A stretch of DNA of 63,890 bases, the filler included. It is 5 parts of 5 records of this genome, joined end to end, with 100 filler letters (N's around TTAATTAATTAA, not from the genome) between each part and the next. Parts side by side here need not be neighbours in the genome. Positions count along the whole stretch, not along the records: positions 58,435 to 63,890 come from DRR723986_5187; 4 more parts are not named here. One strand, 5' to 3'. The translations under genes were made by a program, and so were the position numbers. Below are positions 58,465-63,890 of the stretch, piece by piece; position 1 is the stretch's first letter, and every line of letters begins with the position of its first letter. Under the pieces are notes generated by a model. It had not been told where the DNA came from. It made no database searches and was given only the letters and a program-made list of their open reading frames with translations.

Positions 58465-59688
58465 TCAGAGCGGCTTGCCCTGCAACAGGCGTGGGACGTC
58501 CCCGGTCAGGCCGGCGGCTTCGCGGATGAAGCTGCGGCGGGCGGCGGGGAAGGCGTTGATGATGCCAATGCCCAGATCGCGCCCTGCCCGCAGCAGCGGG
58601 TTGTCATTGGAGAAGAGCCTGTTGATCAGGTCGGTGGAGGCGGCGAGCGTGGCCGTATCGAAGCGCCGCCAGCGTTGATAGCGTTCGAGGACCAGAAGGC
58701 TTGCGATATCCTCGCCACGGCGTTTGGCGTCGGTCAGGACTTCCGCCAAGGCACCCACGTCGCGCAGGCCGAGGTTTAGGCCCTGACCGGCAATCGGGTG
58801 CACCCCGTGGGCGGCATCGCCAACCAGCGCCAGGCGGTCATCCACGAAGCGTTCGGAAATGGTCAGGTTCAGCGGGTAGGTGAACCGGTCGCCATCAAGC
58901 GAAATCTCGCCAAGGAAGTCCCCGAAGCGGGGGCGCAGGATGTCGAGATAGTCGTCATCGCCGAGGGCGTTTATTTCTGCCGCGCGGGCGTGGGTTTCGC
59001 TCCAGACAATGGAGCAGCGGTTGCCCGGCAGGGGCAGGATGGCCAGCGGCCCGGCGGGCATGAAGAACTGATGCGCGATGCCGTGATGGGGCAGGTCGTG
59101 GCGCAGCGAACAGACGAGCGCCGTCTGGCCATAGTCCCAGCCTTGCCGCTTGATCCCGGCCCGCGCGCCGGTGCCGCTTTGCCGTCCGTCTGCGCCGACC
59201 AGAAGGCGGCCGGTCAGGGTGCGGCCATCCTCCAGCGTCACGGATGCGGGGCCGGATGTGTCCTGTGCAACAACGCGGGTTGCGGGCAGGTGGGTGATGT
59301 TTGGATCGGCTTCCATCCGGGTCAACAGGGCGTGGCGCAGGAAGCGATCTTCCAGCATATAGCCCATCGGGCCTTCCTCGATCTCGGCATGGTCGAAATG
59401 CAGGAAGAACGGGGCGGGGCCTTCACCCGCGCGCCCGTCGCTGGCCTTGATTTCCAGCATCGGTTGCGCGTTGGCCTTCACGTCGTCCCAGACGTGCAGC
59501 GCCATCAACAGCCGGGCCGAAGCCAGCGCCAGCGCGTAGGAGCGTCCGTCAAAGCGGGCGTCGTCACTGGTTTCCACGGGCAGCGCGTCAATGACCGTGC
59601 TGGTCAGGCCCGCCTGTGACAGGGCCAGCGCAAGGCAAGGGCCGTTCAGGCCGCCGCCGACGATCAGGATATCTGTATCGAGTGCCAT
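58465..59688 (-). CDS. UbiH/UbiL/Coq6-family FAD-dependent ubiquinone hydroxylase
   Basis: IVGGGLNG, GADG, GDAAHGVHPIAGQGLNLGLRD; start set to ATG 59688. Confidence 0.92.
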   Translation of the reverse strand: MALDTDILIVGGGLNGPCLALALSQAGLTSTVIDALPVETSDDARFDGRSYALALASARLLMALHVWDDVKANAQPMLEIKASDGRAGEGPAPFFLHFDHAEIEEGPMGYMLEDRFLRHALLTRMEADPNITHLPATRVVAQDTSGPASVTLEDGRTLTGRLLVGADGRQSGTGARAGIKRQGWDYGQTALVCSLRHDLPHHGIAHQFFMPAGPLAILPLPGNRCSIVWSETHARAAEINALGDDDYLDILRPRFGDFLGEISLDGDRFTYPLNLTISERFVDDRLALVGDAAHGVHPIAGQGLNLGLRDVGALAEVLTDAKRRGEDIASLLVLERYQRWRRFDTATLAASTDLINRLFSNDNPLLRAGRDLGIGIINAFPAARRSFIREAAGLTGDVPRLLQGKPL

Positions 59689-59775
59689 GCCCCGCAATAT
59701 GGGCACACAGCCGGGATTGTCCATGTGGCATGAGCCCGCTAGCGTGGCCCGCGACAACATGGCGGAGGGCGTGCA

Positions 59776-61104
59776 ATGCGGGACGATTGGCAGACACTCG
59801 GGGTGGCGGATCTGGGCCGCGCAATCGGTGCGGGAGAGATTGACCCGGCGAAGCTGACCGAGGCTTATCTGGCTGCCATCGCAGGGCATGAACACGCTGA
59901 TCACATCTATTGCGTGGTGACGGCAGATCGCGCGCGGGCCGAGGCTGCGGCTGCGTCTGAGCGCGCCCGGGTTGGTGTGCGGCGCGGGCTGCTGGACGGG
60001 GTTCCCTTGTCCTGGAAAGACCTGTTCGACAGCGCCGGAGATGAGACGAAGTCAGGGTCCGACCTGCTGGCGGGGCGCGTTCCGGACACCGATTGCGAGG
60101 TGCTGGCCAATGCAACGCGCGCAGGGATGGTCTGCCTGGGCAAGACCCATATGAGCGAACTGGCCTTTTCCGGCCTTGGCATCAACCCGGTGACGCAAAC
60201 GCCGCCCAATATCCACGACCCAGAGCTTGTGCCGGGCGGATCGTCTTCGGGTGCGGCGGCCTCTACGGCTTGGGGGTTGGCCCCTGCGGGGATCGGGTCT
60301 GATACCGGCGGGTCGGTGCGTATTCCATCTGCGTTCAATGACTTGGTCGGGCTCAAGACAACCTCGGGCCGGCTTTCCTTGTCGGGTGTCGTGCCGCTTT
60401 GCGAACGGTTTGACACGGTGGGGCCGCTGGCCAAGACGGTGGAAGATTGCGCGCTACTGCTGGCTGTCATGGAAGGCGGCAAGTCAGCCGATCTGGAGGG
60501 GGCAACCCTGAAGGGGCGACGGTTCCTTGTGCTGGAAACCTATACGGATGATGTGCGCGACGAACCGGCGGCGGGCTTTGCCCATGCGCTGGATCGGATG
60601 ACGCAAGCGGGGGCAGAGATCACCCGTGGCACCGTGGACGGGATCGAGGCGGCGATGGACCTTGCGCCGATCCTCTTCACCTCCGAGGCCTATGGAACGT
60701 GGAAACACGCGATCGAGGCGGCCCCTGAAAAAATGTTCCCCCGCATTCTGGAACGGTTCCGGTCGGGCGCGGGGTTTGCGGCGGTGGACTATGTGTCGGC
60801 GTGGCAGTTTCTGGACCATCTGCGCGGCGAATGGGCGGCACAGGTGGCGGGCTATGACGCGGTGCTTTTGCCGACCGCGCCGAATCTGCCACCCCATGCC
60901 GCGCGCCTGATGGAGGATGACGATTATTACGTCACTGAAAACCTGCTGACCTTGCGCAATACGCGGGTGGGGAACCTGATGGGCCTGTCTGCCCTGACCA
61001 TTCCGACGGGAGTGCCGGGGACCGGTGTGATGCTGCTTGGCCAACCCTTCGGCGAGGAGGCCCTGCTGCGGATCGGCAAGGCAACCGAGGCGGCATTGGC
61101 CTGA
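59776..61104 (+). CDS. Amidase-signature family amidase
   Basis: KDLFD, PGGSSSG, GSDTGGSVRIP. Confidence 0.92.
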   Translation: MRDDWQTLGVADLGRAIGAGEIDPAKLTEAYLAAIAGHEHADHIYCVVTADRARAEAAAASERARVGVRRGLLDGVPLSWKDLFDSAGDETKSGSDLLAGRVPDTDCEVLANATRAGMVCLGKTHMSELAFSGLGINPVTQTPPNIHDPELVPGGSSSGAAASTAWGLAPAGIGSDTGGSVRIPSAFNDLVGLKTTSGRLSLSGVVPLCERFDTVGPLAKTVEDCALLLAVMEGGKSADLEGATLKGRRFLVLETYTDDVRDEPAAGFAHALDRMTQAGAEITRGTVDGIEAAMDLAPILFTSEAYGTWKHAIEAAPEKMFPRILERFRSGAGFAAVDYVSAWQFLDHLRGEWAAQVAGYDAVLLPTAPNLPPHAARLMEDDDYYVTENLLTLRNTRVGNLMGLSALTIPTGVPGTGVMLLGQPFGEEALLRIGKATEAALA

Positions 61105-61221
61105 AGGCCACAGCCCCGCCATGCAATCGCCCGGGAAGGGCTCGTTTTTCTGGACCAAAGCCGCGCAAGCCGCTAACCTGCCTGCAAACAGGGCGAAAAT
61201 GACCCTGAACCAGAGGCAGAC

Positions 61222-62406
61222 ATGGCATTTCCTGAGCGGTTTTCGAACCTGCCAGCATACGCGTTCCCGCGTCTTCGGGCGCTTCTCGATCCCCATGCAG
61301 CGGGGGCCGAGCCCATAAACATGACGATCGGGGAACCAACGCATGCCTTCCCCGACTGGGTTCCGCAGGTCATCGCTGACAACGCTGCCGGGTTCGGCAA
61401 ATACCCCGCAAATGATGGAACGCCAGAATTGCAGGCGGCAATTGCCGGATGGATCCAGCGCCGCTATGGCGTGGCCGTCGATCCTGCTACGCAGATACTG
61501 CCGCTGAATGGTACGCGGGAAGGGCTGTTCAACGCCTGTATCGCGCTCTGCCCTGAGGAGAAGCGCGGGCAAAAGCCTATCGTCCTGACGCCGAACCCCT
61601 TTTATCAAGTCTACGCGGTTGCTGCGCTGGCCGTGGGGGCAGAGCCTGTCTATGTGCCCGCGACCGACGCCACCGGGAACCTGCCCGACTATGCCAGCTT
61701 GCCAGTTGACGTGCTGAACCGCACCGCTGTTGCCTATATCTGTTCCCCCGCCAACCCGCAGGGGGCCGTGGCCGGCGACACCTATTGGCGAGAGCTGATC
61801 GGGCTGGCCGAGCGCTATGACTTCCAGATCTTCGCGGATGAATGCTATTCCGAGATCTATCGCGACACGCCGCCCATTGGGGCCTTGCAGGTCGCCGCAC
61901 ACATGGGTGCGGACCCCGAACGGGTGGTGCTGTTCAACTCGCTGTCCAAGCGGTCGAACCTTGCGGGATTGCGGTCGGGCTTTGCCGCTGGCGGCCCTGA
62001 CAGCGTGAAGCGTCTGAAACAACTGCGCGCTTATGCGGGTGCCCCCTTGCCGGGACCGTTGCAGTCGGTGGCGGCGCGGGCGTGGTCGGATGAGGATCAC
62101 GTCACGGCGAACCGGGCGCTCTATGCCGAGAAATACGCGATTGCCGACGAGGTGTTCGCGGACCTTCAGGGTTACACGCCGCCCGAGGCGGGATTTTTCC
62201 TGTGGCTGCCCGTCGACAATGACGAAGCAGCGACATTGAAACTGTGGCGCGAGGCAGGGGTTCGGGTTCTGCCCGGATCCTACTTCGCCCGCGACGTGAA
62301 CGGCCACACGCCTGGCACGGACCGCATCCGCGTGGCGATGGTGGCTGAAAAAAATGACATGCAACGCGGGCTGATCAAGCTGCGCGATTGCCTGTATGCA
62401 ACGTGA
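61222..62406 (+). CDS. PLP aminotransferase class I/II (DapC-like)
   Basis: LNGTREGLF, CSPANPQG, DECYSEIY, SLSKRSNLAGLRSG. Confidence 0.88.
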   Translation: MAFPERFSNLPAYAFPRLRALLDPHAAGAEPINMTIGEPTHAFPDWVPQVIADNAAGFGKYPANDGTPELQAAIAGWIQRRYGVAVDPATQILPLNGTREGLFNACIALCPEEKRGQKPIVLTPNPFYQVYAVAALAVGAEPVYVPATDATGNLPDYASLPVDVLNRTAVAYICSPANPQGAVAGDTYWRELIGLAERYDFQIFADECYSEIYRDTPPIGALQVAAHMGADPERVVLFNSLSKRSNLAGLRSGFAAGGPDSVKRLKQLRAYAGAPLPGPLQSVAARAWSDEDHVTANRALYAEKYAIADEVFADLQGYTPPEAGFFLWLPVDNDEAATLKLWREAGVRVLPGSYFARDVNGHTPGTDRIRVAMVAEKNDMQRGLIKLRDCLYAT

Positions 62407-62417
62407 GGTAACGGGAC

Positions 62418-63890
62418 ATGGCCTATCAGACGCGACAGAGAGATCCGCTGCTCGACAGCTCGATGCAGGCGGCGCTGGAAAAGCGCGGGCGCGAGGCGCT
62501 TGGGATTGTTCTGATCCTGACCGGGATTGCCCTGACCCTGATGTTGGCGTCCTACAACCCCGATGATCCCAGCTGGTGGGCGGCTACGGATGCTGTGCCG
62601 CAGAACCTGCTAGGCCGCTTCGGTGCGTCTTGTGCGGCGCTTCTGATGCTGGTCGTGGGGTGGGGGGCCTATGGGTTGGCGATTGGTGCGCTCGTGTGGG
62701 GATTGCGCCTTGCCTCGCATCTGGGTGGCGAACGCATTCTTTCGCGGATCATCTTCTTGCCGATTGCCGTCGCACTGGGTGCGATTTACGCCGCCACCCA
62801 TCAACCTCCCGCGACCTGGGTCCAAAGCTACGGGCTTGGCGGCGTGTTCGGAGATACCGTGTTGGGCGCGCTTCTGAATGTGGTGCCCTTTGCCATCGGC
62901 ACCGGGTTGAAGATCCTTGCGGCCGTGGCTTTCCTGACATTGATCGCACTCGGCTTGTTCGTCTTCGGCGTCAATGGGCGCGAGTTGCGCGTTGCGCTGC
63001 GGTTCATGCTGTTCGGGCTGGTCAATTCCTTCGCCTGGATCGGGGCGATGTTCGGCCAGGCCGGCCGTGGCGCCGGGCAGGCCGCCATGCAGATGCGTGA
63101 TCGCCGTCGCACCCGGGTAGATCGCCCTGCACAGACCTATGACGACGAGGCATTGACCTATGACGAGCCGGGGTTGTTCGAAGAAGAAGAGGCCCCCCGA
63201 TCCCGCTTGGGCCTGCTCGACCGGATGCCGCCGATTCTGCGGCGCGAGCGTGTGGCAGAGCCGGAGCCCGAATTGGTGGAACGTGCGCCCGTCGCCCCTG
63301 CCGACCTGCAAGCTCCTGATGACGACCGCATCCGCAGCAAGATCACCTCGGTCATACAAAATCGCGTTCGTCGTCCCGGTGCCGTTTCCGAGCCGGTTCC
63401 GGAACCGGAACAACCGCAATCCGCGGTTGCTGCCGCCGTCGCAGCGCGCCGGGCAGAGCATATCTCCGCCCGAGTAGAGCCGCCGATTACCGCCGCGCGT
63501 GTTGAACCGCCGCTGACCGCGTCCCGGGTCGAGCCGCCGCTGTCGGCAGCCCGTTCGTACCAGCCCGAACCGCAGGCCCAAGCCGAACCGGAATACATCG
63601 AAGACGCACCGGTCGAAACGATCCCGCTGCCGCATTCGGAACGGACCGTCGCACACGCTACGCCGCGTCCGGTTGTAACATCCGAACCCAAGCGAGTGGT
63701 GCAGCCTCTTCAACGCCGGACCTTGCCGCAATCGCGCGCCGCGCGCGCCGAGGCTCAGCCGCCCTTGCCGCTGGACGACACCGCGCAGGCCTACGAATTC
63801 CCGCCGCTCAACCTGCTGACCAGCCCGGTCAGCGTTGAACGTCACCACCTGTCCGACGAGGCGTTGGAAGAAAACGCGCGGATGCTGGAA
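62418..63890 (+). CDS. ftsK: DNA translocase FtsK, N-terminal TM domain and linker; 3'-truncated and absent from the ORF track
   Basis: MAYQTRQRDPLL...SYNPDDPSW...NLLGRFGA, GLGGVFG; frame ends in YEFPPLNLL...LEENARMLE at the window edge. Confidence 0.93.
   Translation, partial: MAYQTRQRDPLLDSSMQAALEKRGREALGIVLILTGIALTLMLASYNPDDPSWWAATDAVPQNLLGRFGASCAALLMLVVGWGAYGLAIGALVWGLRLASHLGGERILSRIIFLPIAVALGAIYAATHQPPATWVQSYGLGGVFGDTVLGALLNVVPFAIGTGLKILAAVAFLTLIALGLFVFGVNGRELRVALRFMLFGLVNSFAWIGAMFGQAGRGAGQAAMQMRDRRRTRVDRPAQTYDDEALTYDEPGLFEEEEAPRSRLGLLDRMPPILRRERVAEPEPELVERAPVAPADLQAPDDDRIRSKITSVIQNRVRRPGAVSEPVPEPEQPQSAVAAAVAARRAEHISARVEPPITAARVEPPLTASRVEPPLSAARSYQPEPQAQAEPEYIEDAPVETIPLPHSERTVAHATPRPVVTSEPKRVVQPLQRRTLPQSRAARAEAQPPLPLDDTAQAYEFPPLNLLTSPVSVERHHLSDEALEENARMLE

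Noticed and set aside
60484-62364. 626-aa minus-strand ORF (similarly 11396-12964, 20134-21561, 62610-63848 and others)
   Set aside because: Antisense shadows of well-supported genes in GC-rich DNA; no recognisable motifs.

Overview
The window is not one locus. It is five contigs joined by artificial 100-nt spacers (N-run, TTAATTAATTAA, N-run), so synteny only holds within a contig. Contig 1 (1-29273, Rhodobacteraceae-like, GC-rich) carries a LysR-controlled seven-gene catabolic operon resembling the trigonelline/homarine (tgn/hom) pyridinium ring-cleavage clusters, extended with a Rieske oxygenase and an Xsc-like ThDP enzyme. It then carries a form I aerobic CO dehydrogenase cluster (coxC-MSL-DEF-G) with a candidate 36-aa Cys-Cys peptide gene, an inositol catabolism cluster, a four-gene redox/membrane cassette and NUDIX-pit. 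Contig 2 (29374-41782, Rhodobacteraceae-like) has a truncated tRNA-Arg(CCT), a LacI regulator, rnhB-ccrM, yghU, glpD-glpK and capsule genes (kpsM, cysQ, kdsB, GT2, galU). Contig 3 (41883-48301, lower GC, probably proteobacterial) has a tandem diheme cytochrome c, a serralysin-like RTX protease and an exported PepF. Contig 4 (48402-58334, FCB-group-like) has sppA, terC, an ftsL-ftsI pair detached from the dcw cluster, and a beta-barrel / PD40-OmpA / beta-barrel module. Contig 5 (58435-63890, Rhodobacteraceae-like) has a Ubi hydroxylase, an amidase, an aminotransferase and the 5' part of ftsK. The best novelty candidates are the extended tgn-like operon and the cox small peptide. All calls come from reading motifs by eye; no searches were run and taxonomy is inferred.
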